The translations under genes were made by a program, and so were the position numbers. A stretch of 64,000 nucleotides of DNA from Sphingomonadales bacterium (GTDB lineage Bacteria > Pseudomonadota > Alphaproteobacteria > Sphingomonadales > Sphingomonadaceae): contig JAQGKX010000169.1 in the NCBI GenBank assembly GCA_028289885.1, forward strand, positions 57,817 to 121,816, written 5' to 3'. Positions 30,552 to 39,277 of the stretch are shown in pieces (the stretch's first letter is position 1; each line of letters begins with the position of its first letter). Below the pieces are notes generated by a model. That model saw only the letters and a program-made list of their open reading frames with translations, made no database searches and was not told the origin of the DNA.

Positions 30552-31483
30552 AGGTCACGGTCTTGACCGGCGGGGTGGGCGGCGCAAAGCTCGTGCTCGG
30601 CCTGTCGCGCGTCTCGCCCGCGCTGGACGTCACGGCGATCGTCAACACCGGGGATGACTTTACCCATCTAGGCCTGCGGATTTCCCCCGATATCGACACA
30701 TTGCTTTACACGCTTTCCGGCAAGGCGAATGTCGCACAGGGTTGGGGCCGCGAGGGTGAGAGTTGGCGTTTCATGGCCGCCCTGCATGAACTGGGTGGAG
30801 AAGAATGGTTCCAGCTTGGCGACGGCGATATGGCGCTCCATGTGCTCCGCACGGCGCGACTTTCTGCGGGGGAAACGCTGACTGCGATCATCGGTGATTT
30901 CGCCCGCCAATGGGGGATTGCGGCGCGCGTATTGCCGATGACCGATGACATTGTGGCGACAAAGCTTGAGAGCGACGAAGGTCGGCTTGATTTCCAGCAG
31001 TATTTCGTTGCCCGTCGCTGTGCCCCGGTCGTTCATCGCATCGAGTTTGAGGGAGCCGCCACCGCACACCCGGCATCGGGCGTTGTCGGGGCCGTTACGG
31101 CGGCCGAGCTGGTCATCGTCGCTCCGTCCAATCCGTTTCTCAGTATCGACCCGATTCTTGCCGTGCCGGGTATCGCTGCTGCGCTCCGCGACACCACTGC
31201 GCCGGTCATCGCCGTGTCGCCCATCGTGGCAGGCCAGTCGGTCAAGGGGCCGACCGCGAAGCTGATGCAGGAACTTGGGCTTGAACTCGGCAACGCAGCA
31301 ATCGCCAATCATTACAAAGGACTAATCGACGGACTTATCATCGATACTCAGGACGACGCCGCCGATGGCATCGCCATTCTGAGGGCCGATACGATGATGC
31401 GCGACGACAACGACAAAATTCGCGTGGCGCGCGCGGTCCTTGCGCTGGCGGATCAAATCGCTGCCTCACGAACTGGGGCATGA
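30548..31483 (+). CDS. cofD: 2-phospho-L-lactate/PEP transferase (CofD/FbiA)
   Basis: LTGGVGGAK, VNTGDD, ISPDIDT, WFQLGD, PSNPFLSIDPI, VKGP. GTGA overlap with cofE. Confidence 0.93.
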   Translation: MKVTVLTGGVGGAKLVLGLSRVSPALDVTAIVNTGDDFTHLGLRISPDIDTLLYTLSGKANVAQGWGREGESWRFMAALHELGGEEWFQLGDGDMALHVLRTARLSAGETLTAIIGDFARQWGIAARVLPMTDDIVATKLESDEGRLDFQQYFVARRCAPVVHRIEFEGAATAHPASGVVGAVTAAELVIVAPSNPFLSIDPILAVPGIAAALRDTTAPVIAVSPIVAGQSVKGPTAKLMQELGLELGNAAIANHYKGLIDGLIIDTQDDAADGIAILRADTMMRDDNDKIRVARAVLALADQIAASRTGA

Positions 31484-31498
31484 ACTGGATCGAGCTTG

Positions 31499-31774
31499 TT
31501 AGCCAGCGGTCCAGAACATCACGACCAGCACCGCACATACGATAAAGACCCATGCCTCGAATAGGCTCCTCAGCAGGAACATGGCCCCGCGTATTTCCAT
31601 GAAGTCGAGGCCGATCAGCCGTGCCTTTACGAACGCAATGACGATCACCGCACTGCCGGCAATACGACCGTCCGCCGATGTCCCCTCGGCCCAAGAGGCA
31701 TAGGACAGCAAGGTCAGTATCACCAACAGCAACCAGACTGCGACGGGCGAACGGAGCGCAATCAGGTGTCTCAT
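31499..31774 (-). CDS. Cytochrome c oxidase subunit IV-like small membrane protein
   Basis: 91 aa, three hydrophobic helices, VWLLLVILT and IAFVKARLIGLDFME. ATGA overlap with the upstream gene. Confidence 0.75.
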   Translation of the reverse strand: MRHLIALRSPVAVWLLLVILTLLSYASWAEGTSADGRIAGSAVIVIAFVKARLIGLDFMEIRGAMFLLRSLFEAWVFIVCAVLVVMFWTAG

Positions 31775-32346
31775 CGGTGCAGATAGAAAATGGCGAACAA
31801 TATCATCCAGAGAATATCTACCAGATGCCAGAATATCGCGCAGCTTTCGATTGCGATGGTGCCGCCGGGCGTGAGCGGTTGTTTGACCCGTGCGCGGATA
31901 AAGGCCAGCGCGCCGAGGCCAACGCAAACGTGCAGCAAATGGATCGCTGTAAAAGTGAAATAGAGCATATAAAAATCATTTGTGGATGGCAGGAACCCGT
32001 GACGGATTTTCTCGCTATATTCGAAGTATTTCATCACGACGAAGCCTGCTCCAAGCAGCATGGCGGCAGTCGTGAGGTGCTTCGCTGCCATCGCCCGTCC
32101 ATGGCGTGCAGCCTGGATCGCCCATACGACAAACAGCGAACTCGTGAGCAAAAGCAACGTGTTGCCCAGCCCGAACATTTGCACCATTTGCGCCTGGGAT
32201 GCGGCAAATACCGTTGGCTCCGCGATTCGATGCCAGGCAAAACTAACGAAAAAGAGCGAAAAGATCAGCAGGTCGCCCACAATTATAACCCAGAGACCGG
32301 CCTCGCCGGGGATAGCGCTGGATCTCGGTTTCAGGTCGATCGTCAT
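31771..32346 (-). CDS. Cytochrome c oxidase subunit III-like (NorE-type) membrane protein
   Basis: PGEAGLW, GNTLLLLTSS, YFTFTAIHLLH, FWHLVDILW. ATGA overlap with the crotonase. Confidence 0.88.
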   Translation of the reverse strand: MTIDLKPRSSAIPGEAGLWVIIVGDLLIFSLFFVSFAWHRIAEPTVFAASQAQMVQMFGLGNTLLLLTSSLFVVWAIQAARHGRAMAAKHLTTAAMLLGAGFVVMKYFEYSEKIRHGFLPSTNDFYMLYFTFTAIHLLHVCVGLGALAFIRARVKQPLTPGGTIAIESCAIFWHLVDILWMILFAIFYLHR

Positions 32347-33230
32347 AGCGCCGGAGGCCACCATGGATAGCTTTCCGGCATATCGTTTTCGGTCTTGTCG
32401 GGGAAAACGGGTGTTCGTTTCTCGAGGAAACTCGCAACGCCTTCTCGCAGGTCGTTCGACTGGAATCGACTGCGCAGCGCCAGCGTCTCCAGCCGGTGCG
32501 CGACGACTGGATGCGGCTCACCAGCCATGCGCCAGACGAGCTGCCGGGTGAGCGCGACCGAGACAGGCGATGTTTGTGCGACGATCTGTTCGGCGATGGC
32601 GCGCGCGGCTGGCATCAGCGCTTCGGGAGCGTGCAGTGACCGCACCAGCCCCGCGGAGAGTGCCTCTTCGGCCGAGACGCTCGCGCCCAGCAGAAGCCAT
32701 TCGATCGCGCGGCTGAGGCCAACGATCCGCGACAGGAACCAGCTCGACGCCGATTCAGGTACGATGCCCCGCCGGACAAATGGAAATACGAACCTGGCGG
32801 TGGTCGATGCCAGTCGGAAATCGGCGGCAAGCGCAAGCGTCGCGCCAACGCCTGCGGCAGGGCCGTTGAACGCGATGATCACCGGCTTTTGACACTCGAA
32901 CATCCGTAGCGTGATGATGCCGCCAAAATCGCGCACCCTGGGGTCGGTCCAGTCCAGGTCGGCGGTCGGGTCGGGGCCAGCGACCGAATTGCCGATCGCC
33001 GCGTCACCGGGCGTCAGGTCCGCACCTGCGCAAAAGGCACGTCCCGCTCCGGTCAGGATCATTGCGCGAACGTCCCCGTCTCGATCCGCCCTGTCGATCA
33101 GTTCGACCAGCCCGGCACCCATGGCCCGCGACATGGCGTTAAGCCGGTCGGGCCGGTCGAGCGTGATCGTTGCGACGCCGCCGTCGACGTCGTAGCGAAG
33201 ATGCTGAGGATCGGGGAACGTGCCCGTCAT
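32343..33230 (-). CDS. Enoyl-CoA hydratase/isomerase family
   Basis: RAFCAGADL, NGPAAGVG, RRGIVPES. ATGA overlap. Confidence 0.9.
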   Translation of the reverse strand: MTGTFPDPQHLRYDVDGGVATITLDRPDRLNAMSRAMGAGLVELIDRADRDGDVRAMILTGAGRAFCAGADLTPGDAAIGNSVAGPDPTADLDWTDPRVRDFGGIITLRMFECQKPVIIAFNGPAAGVGATLALAADFRLASTTARFVFPFVRRGIVPESASSWFLSRIVGLSRAIEWLLLGASVSAEEALSAGLVRSLHAPEALMPAARAIAEQIVAQTSPVSVALTRQLVWRMAGEPHPVVAHRLETLALRSRFQSNDLREGVASFLEKRTPVFPDKTENDMPESYPWWPPAL

Positions 33231-34186
33231 GCGTCGATGAGCCGCCCGATCTCCACGTTCCCAAGGCCGTCCTCGCCGGTTTCGACGCAATGGACCCGGC
33301 ACATATTCTCGATATTCAGATAGGTTTTGCTGCCTGGCTTTTGCGAGTGCAGGGGCAGGCGGGCAAAGGCGTTCTTGACGTCGGCGATCAGGGTATAGGG
33401 TGTACCGTCCAGCGCCACCGCGTGGAAGATCACCGTGTCGGGCAGGCCATCTTCGCCCTCGCCCTGATTTTCGATCCTGAGCGTTTTTATCACCTGATTG
33501 CCGGCGCTTACGGCGATGTAACCCTCGGCAGTACTGTTCTCGGGCCGGATAACGTTGCGCACCGTGAACAGGTGGAAACCCATGCTGGGGAAGTTGAAGA
33601 ACGACCAGTTGTGTGAAAGCGTCATCTGGTCATTGCGCATTCCCCAGCTATGATCGCGATAGCCCGATCCGTCCACGTCGATCGACGTGCCAGCAAAGTC
33701 GCCTGTCTTGAACGAGATACGACCCTTTGCAGTCATACACTGGCCCTGATGGCGAAAGGCGTTGCGTTCGAAAGCAGTGTTTTCGGAGACCGAGAACTGG
33801 TCCGGGTTCACATCGGTGCAGGCGAGAAAGTCGAATAAGTGGAACCGGCGGTCGAAATTGAGCTCCGCAGCGACGTTTTCATCCTCATAAGCGACCTTGA
33901 ACTTGGCCTGTGGCTCAAGGAATTTCAGGTTCAGATTGCCAAGCTGCAATTCCTTGGCCTGTTCGAACGGCGACGGCATGGTGGTTTCCTTGCCGCTGAC
34001 GATATTCTTGCCTTTATGCATAACGGTGAATGATGCGAAAGCGCGGTCGAACGTCGGCTCGACGGTGGAATGCGCGAGGCAACAAACGTCCCGTTCGGTA
34101 TCCATGAACACCCAGAAATAATTCTCTTTCCAGCGCAGCCACGCGCGAGCGGGCACGGTATGCGGATAGTCTTCGTGGAGCAGCAT
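33227..34186 (-). CDS. Uncharacterised CrtC/AttH-like protein (paralogue C)
   Basis: WKENYFW, HQGQ, GYRDHSWG, GLGNVE. GAAGGA RBS. Confidence 0.7.
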   Translation of the reverse strand: MLLHEDYPHTVPARAWLRWKENYFWVFMDTERDVCCLAHSTVEPTFDRAFASFTVMHKGKNIVSGKETTMPSPFEQAKELQLGNLNLKFLEPQAKFKVAYEDENVAAELNFDRRFHLFDFLACTDVNPDQFSVSENTAFERNAFRHQGQCMTAKGRISFKTGDFAGTSIDVDGSGYRDHSWGMRNDQMTLSHNWSFFNFPSMGFHLFTVRNVIRPENSTAEGYIAVSAGNQVIKTLRIENQGEGEDGLPDTVIFHAVALDGTPYTLIADVKNAFARLPLHSQKPGSKTYLNIENMCRVHCVETGEDGLGNVEIGRLIDA

Positions 34187-34208
34187 CGATTTCAGTCCTT
34201 CGTTCGAA

Positions 34209-34979
34209 TTATTGCCAGTTGGCCTGCCCGCCATCGACGGGAATGGTTGCACCGGTTATGTAACGGGCCTCGTCAGAGGCGAGGAAACGGACCACGGCTC
34301 CGATATCGCGTACCGGGTCCCCGATCCGACCGAGGGGAATGGTGGCAAGGAAAGCGTCAGGCCCATCCGGCATCGCGTCCAGCCAGCCGACCATCGCAGG
34401 TGATGCGGCGAGCGGCGCGATCGTGTTGACGCGGATCGCATCGCGACCCCATTCGCTGGCGGCGGTGCGTGACAGGGTACGGATCGCTTCCTTCATCGAC
34501 CCATATATCCCTGCGCCGCTGGTATCCCACGCGATTGCGGCGGAACTGGCGAGATTGATGATCGAGCCGCCGCCGCGCGCCTTCATCGACGCGTGACAGG
34601 CGCGCATCATCCGGAATACTGCCAGCGGGCCGGTATCGAAGGTGAGGCGGTATCCGGCATCGTCGAGATCGAGGAGCGTGCCGAGTACAGCCTGTTGCGC
34701 ATTGTTGACGAGAATGTCGATGCCACCAAAGCGGCCTTGCGCGCCATCGACGATCCTTGCGACGTCATCTGCACGAGCGATATCGGCGACGACAATATGG
34801 GCGACGGCACCGAGCGCCGAAATCTCAGCCGCAACGGCTTCGAGGGCCGCTTCCGTTCGTCCGGCGATGGTCAGGTTAGCGCCAGCGCCGGCGAGCGCGA
34901 GTGCGACGCCACGACCGACGCCCTGACCGGCACCTGTGACGATCGCGGAGCGGCCAGAAAGGTCGGCGGCCTCAGCCAT
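34209..34979 (-). CDS. Short-chain dehydrogenase/reductase
   Basis: TGAGQGVG, NNA, YGSMK. Confidence 0.92.
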   Translation of the reverse strand: MAEAADLSGRSAIVTGAGQGVGRGVALALAGAGANLTIAGRTEAALEAVAAEISALGAVAHIVVADIARADDVARIVDGAQGRFGGIDILVNNAQQAVLGTLLDLDDAGYRLTFDTGPLAVFRMMRACHASMKARGGGSIINLASSAAIAWDTSGAGIYGSMKEAIRTLSRTAASEWGRDAIRVNTIAPLAASPAMVGWLDAMPDGPDAFLATIPLGRIGDPVRDIGAVVRFLASDEARYITGATIPVDGGQANWQ

Positions 34980-35157
34980 GTCGCCGCCGTTCGCGCAAAT
35001 AGCAGCTCATCCCGCTCGCCTCTCGTTTTGTTATCGCTGTTCGTTTAGTGGAATATGATACGCTGGCAACCTATTCATACTGAAATGTGCCAGCTATGAT
35101 CGCGCCGACACGACGCGCGGGGCAGGCTCGCCCGTGTCATCACCCGGGAGAACGCCA

Positions 35158-35544
35158 ATGCGATCGAACCTCGAACTCGTGCTCGCATTCATCGATTCAT
35201 GGGCATCGCGCGATCTGGACCGCATCCTCGCCGCGATGGATGCCAATTGTTTCTACCACAACATACCGTGGGAACCGCTGACCGGTCATGCGGCCATACG
35301 CGAAAGCCTGGAAGGCTTTGTCGGTGGCAGCGATGCGATCGACTGGGTTGTGTTGCACGCGGCTGAGACGTCGGACGGAGTCGTGATGACCGAACGGCTC
35401 GATCGTTTTCGCATGGCTGGTGAATGGATCGAGATGCCGGTCATGGGCGTTTTCGAACTTGTCGACGACAAGATCATGCGGTGGCGCGACTATTTCGATT
35501 CGGCACAGTTTCAGGCGCAAATGGCGATTGTTCAAGCGGGATAA
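35158..35544 (+). CDS. Limonene-1,2-epoxide hydrolase family (NTF2 fold)
   Basis: YHNIP, VMTERLDRF, PVMGVFE, WRDYFD (R-x-D and D catalytic residues). Confidence 0.9.
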   Translation: MRSNLELVLAFIDSWASRDLDRILAAMDANCFYHNIPWEPLTGHAAIRESLEGFVGGSDAIDWVVLHAAETSDGVVMTERLDRFRMAGEWIEMPVMGVFELVDDKIMRWRDYFDSAQFQAQMAIVQAG

Positions 35545-35584
35545 CACATAGGGGCCTCCCGATGGCAAGCCGGTGGCCCCCCTG

Positions 35585-35646
35585 TGTCAGCCGCGCCAGC
35601 AAGTTTTCAGCCACGTGCGAGCACGTTTCAGCCGCGTGCGAGCACG
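35585..35646. repeat. Tandem 21-bp repeat (two near-perfect copies plus one degenerate) covering the kinase stop codon
   Basis: TTTCAGCCACGTGCGAGCACG (35605-25), TTTCAGCCGCGTGCGAGCACG (35626-46), degenerate TGTCAGCCGCGCCAGCAAG from 35585. Confidence 0.8.
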
Positions 35647-37055
35647 GTATCGAGTACGCCGGCGATCCGATGGAGCAGGCGTTGCGTGAAGTGCGCACCT
35701 GCGCTGGCGACCAGCACATCGTTGCTAAGTCCCTTTTCAAACGACTCCCGACCGCCCTGCAGAACTAGCGTCATCAGGCGAAGTCCGCCCCGCAGCGCGA
35801 AGAAGTCGATCTGACGTTGCGAAACTTCGGGGCCTCCGGCCTCGCGATAGGTCGCCATGAAACGATCCCAGTCCACGACCGCGCTGACATAGGGATAGCA
35901 ATAGCCAAGGTCCTCGCCGGGATGGCCGATATTGGCCTGCTCCCAATCGAGCACCGCCGTAATCCGCCCGTCCTCACCAAGGATGTTGTGAAACACCATG
36001 TCGTTATGGACGATAGCGCGGCGTTCATCGAGAGCTTCGACATTATCGCGGAGCCATGCGATCGCCGCCGACATTGTCAGCGACGGCCAATGGGCGAGGC
36101 TGGTCCATTCCCCCGCCAGCCTGTCGATTTCGGCGCGCCATCCCGTGATGCTGGCATCGGCGCGCGAGATTGGCAAAGTGCCGACAAGCGCATCGATCGG
36201 CTGCGCATGGAGCTTCGCCATTTCACGCGCGAGATCGAGAACGAGGGTTTCCGATGTCACATTGCCCCAATAGTCAGTGAGCGCCGGACTGCCGGGGGAA
36301 CGCTCGACAAGCAGGAACCGCGCACCCAACGGCGCTTCGTCCTCCTCGACAAGGATAGGCCGGGGTACGCGCATTCCAGCGGCGTGCAGCATCTTCAAAA
36401 GTGCAAATTGCGTCCGTTCATCGACGAAACTGCTGCTGACGTGCTGGCCGGGGATGCCGCGCTGGATGACCATGGCGCGGGGCAGGGCGTCCCCGCCGGT
36501 CACTTCGAACAGCGCCGTCTGGCGTGATCGCCCGCCAGTGACGAGTTTGAAGTTCTGGAGGGTGAGCGCTTCGTCCTTCGTCCAGATGCGAAGGTATTTC
36601 TCGAGCGCGGCAGGCTCTATCTGCGATCCGTCCTTGCCTGCGGCGACGGGTTCGGCGCGCTCGATTGCGTCGAAGCGGGCGACGCTGGCGGTGAGCATTG
36701 CGCCTTCCCATGCTATCGCTGACCGCGCATCGGACCCGGCATAGTCGCCGCTCGTTTCGATGGCGCTCGCCAGTTTTGCGATTGCATGCCCCGTCTGGCG
36801 ATGAGCGGCGGCGTTTTCGGGCGGGCCGTTCAACCGGTCGCAGTCAGCGATCTCGGCGCTGGCAAAACTAGCGGGAGTCGGCACGGGGCTGGCTGGTTCC
36901 AGCGCGTTGGCGACCGCAGTCAATACCCGGATGCTGTTGTCGAGGGCGTCGCGCGGTGCGTTGTCCATAATCGTTGGGCGTACCTGAAGCCGCAATGCCT
37001 CGGCCGCGCTCCACAAATACTGGGACATGCTCATCGCGCGTGAATCCCTGACCAT
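35628..37055 (-). CDS. APH-family phosphotransferase with N-terminal helical extension
   Basis: GGRSRQT loop, VPRP, VHNDMVFHN, VLDWE, GHPGEDL. The start may be 37034. Confidence 0.85.
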   Translation of the reverse strand: MVRDSRAMSMSQYLWSAAEALRLQVRPTIMDNAPRDALDNSIRVLTAVANALEPASPVPTPASFASAEIADCDRLNGPPENAAAHRQTGHAIAKLASAIETSGDYAGSDARSAIAWEGAMLTASVARFDAIERAEPVAAGKDGSQIEPAALEKYLRIWTKDEALTLQNFKLVTGGRSRQTALFEVTGGDALPRAMVIQRGIPGQHVSSSFVDERTQFALLKMLHAAGMRVPRPILVEEDEAPLGARFLLVERSPGSPALTDYWGNVTSETLVLDLAREMAKLHAQPIDALVGTLPISRADASITGWRAEIDRLAGEWTSLAHWPSLTMSAAIAWLRDNVEALDERRAIVHNDMVFHNILGEDGRITAVLDWEQANIGHPGEDLGYCYPYVSAVVDWDRFMATYREAGGPEVSQRQIDFFALRGGLRLMTLVLQGGRESFEKGLSNDVLVASAGAHFTQRLLHRIAGVLDTVLARG

Positions 37056-37129
37056 TTCAGAAACCTCGATTTGTTCATCGCATATATCCTCCGTTCCGCT
37101 TGGTGCGCAGCAATCGACCGGTTCGTCAA

Positions 37130-37149
37130 CCGGGACGCCTGCGTACTAT
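37130..37149. promoter_or_regulatory. Palindromic operator copy in a divergent promoter region
   Basis: CCGGGACGCCTGCGTACTAT. Confidence 0.45.
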
Positions 37150-37231
37150 TTTGCATAAGCGCTAAATTGTGACATTATGTATGCATAAGGATGACGGTCA
37201 TGGAGTCGTCACCAGTTTCGAGGAGAATGAC

Positions 37232-38554
37232 ATGGCCGATATATTCGCGCTTGCCGAAGCTGGGCGTCCCCTTGGTGGAGAACGATTCACCTCTGCCGAC
37301 TTCATGGCTGCCGAATGGGAAAATGTCTGGACCAAGACATGGCTCATCACCATCCGTGCCGACGATATTCCGGAGGCGGGTGACTATATGCTCGAACAGA
37401 TTGGTCGCGAATCGATTCTGATCGTGCGGCAGGACGACGACAGCGTCAGAGCATTTTACAACGTCTGCCAGCATCGCGGGAACCGACTCGTACTTGAACC
37501 CGAAGGCAGCATGCCCGCGTTCACATGCCCCTATCACAGCTGGCGTTTCGAGATCGACGGCACCTGCAGCTACGTTCAGGACGCCGAGGATTTTCGCGGT
37601 AACGTCTGCGAGCGCGCATCGCTGGCCCATGTGGCGTGTACGGTATTTGCGGGCTTTGTCTGGATCAACATGGACCCGGACTGCGCAACGCTGCGCGAAT
37701 CGCTTGGCCAGATATGGGATGAGTGGGCAGCCTATCCGCTCGACCAGATGGTACGCACCCAGGCGATCTCGGTTCGCATGCCGTGCAACTGGAAACTGCT
37801 GCTCGACAATTTCCACGAGACTTATCATTTGCCGACGGCACATCCCGAAGGCATCGAATATGCCGAAGACAGCTATCTGGAGACGCGGATCGAGCTTTAC
37901 GACAACGGCCATGCGCTGGGCCAGACCAAGTGCGGTTTGGCTGCGCACCGGTTGCCCGAGGGCAAATCGAAACTGACCGATGTCGTCGCCGCGGACCTTC
38001 ATCGCTGGGAGTTGGAGCCGACGGATTTCGCGGGCCGCGAGCGTGAAACCCGCGCGGCGCTCCAGCGACAGAAGCGCGCCCTGGCAGATGAACGCGGCCT
38101 TGGATATTATGCGGGCCTCACCGACGATCAGCTGACCGACGTGTTTCACTATACCGTGTTTCCCAATTTCGCGGCGTCGATCAACGCCGACGGTCTGTTG
38201 TTCCTGCGCGCGATGCCTCACCCGACCGACCCGCAGCAGTGTATATTCGACACTTGGTATTATACGTTCGGCGCACCAAGTTCGCATGCCTCGCTCGTCA
38301 CGCTGGACGGCAATCAGGAAGTTCGGCGTGTCGAGCGCGAGATCATCGATTATGGTGAAAAAAGCCTCGGCGTCGTGCTCGACGGCGATGCCTAGGTGAT
38401 GGCGGGCCAACAGCTTGCGATGAACTCGCGCGGTTATCGTGGTGCTATCCTTGCCCATCAGGAACGCAGAATCGCGCAATATCATGACATGATCGACCGC
38501 TATATCGATGGCTACCGTCCCGGCGGCAGCGCCAGTCATCGGCGGACCGGTTGA
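37232..38554 (+). pseudogene. Rieske oxygenase alpha subunit #4 interrupted by in-frame TAG at 38393-38395
   Basis: CQHRG...CPYH, ETYHLPTAH. After the TAG the same frame continues for 52 codons (VMAGQQLAMNSRGYRGAILAHQERRIAQYHDMIDRY...), matching the paralogues' C-termini. Confidence 0.8.
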
Positions 38555-38638
38555 GGGCATATGCCACTACGGGTTGAGCCTTGTCCCCCAGCCGTGCAAC
38601 ATGCGTATAAGGGCCGGGTGACGGCGGGGGAGCAAGCG

Positions 38639-39175
38639 ATGGCGAATGTGCGGCGCAATTTAAAGGAAACCGCGCCGTCGGAATTTGCGCCGGGGTCACA
38701 GGATTATGATGCGCCCGAGTTCAAGATGGAAATGCCGTATCAGGCGCAGGTGCTCGCCCGCCTTTTGCAGAACGATTATCTGGGCCGCATTGCCAACCAT
38801 GGCGTGGCACCCGCGCAGTCGTTCGTGCTGGCCGAATTATGGTATAACGAACCGCTGTCACAGGTAGAACTGGCGCGTCGGCTGGACATCGGAAAGGCGA
38901 CGATCGGACAGACGCTCAATCGACTTGAGCGCAACGGCATGATCGTGCGCACGCGTCAGACTGCCGACCGGCGCGTGATCATGACGCACCTGACTGAAAA
39001 GGGGCGCGCCATGCGGGGACCGCTGGAACAGGCCGCGCTGGAGCAACGCGTGATGATCCGCGACCTGCTGGGTGCCGAAACGGTCGATGCGCTGAGTGCA
39101 TTGATGGCGGTGGCCGTCACGCGCCTGTCGCGGCTTGGCCTGTCTGCGACGGATCACCTTGGACCGATAGAATAG
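38639..39175 (+). CDS. MarR family transcriptional regulator
   Basis: LSQVELARRLDIGKATIGQTLNRLE wHTH and DRR wing. ATG follows GGGGAG. Confidence 0.93.
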   Translation: MANVRRNLKETAPSEFAPGSQDYDAPEFKMEMPYQAQVLARLLQNDYLGRIANHGVAPAQSFVLAELWYNEPLSQVELARRLDIGKATIGQTLNRLERNGMIVRTRQTADRRVIMTHLTEKGRAMRGPLEQAALEQRVMIRDLLGAETVDALSALMAVAVTRLSRLGLSATDHLGPIE

Positions 39176-39277
39176 GTCGCTGACGAACGGTTCGCCAGCA
39201 ATCGACTTGACCATCCCGCTCGTTGCTTTAGCCTGTGATGCAAGCGGCCCGAGCGCCGTCAGTCGAGGGAGCCGATT

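Noticed and set aside
35585-35646. 21-bp repeats as a mini-CRISPR
   Set aside because: The copies are directly adjacent with no spacers, and there are no cas genes.
38393-38395. Pyrrolysine or selenocysteine recoding of the in-frame stop
   Set aside because: It is TAG rather than TGA, no pyl genes are in the window, and the position is not conserved or catalytic in the paralogues. A nonsense mutation or sequencing error is simpler.
37175-38560. Long antisense ORFs (e.g. 748-2016, 10941-12161, 28195-29412, 37175-38560, 42442-43677)
   Set aside because: They lie opposite well-supported genes, carry no motifs, and are expected shadows of GC-rich codon usage.
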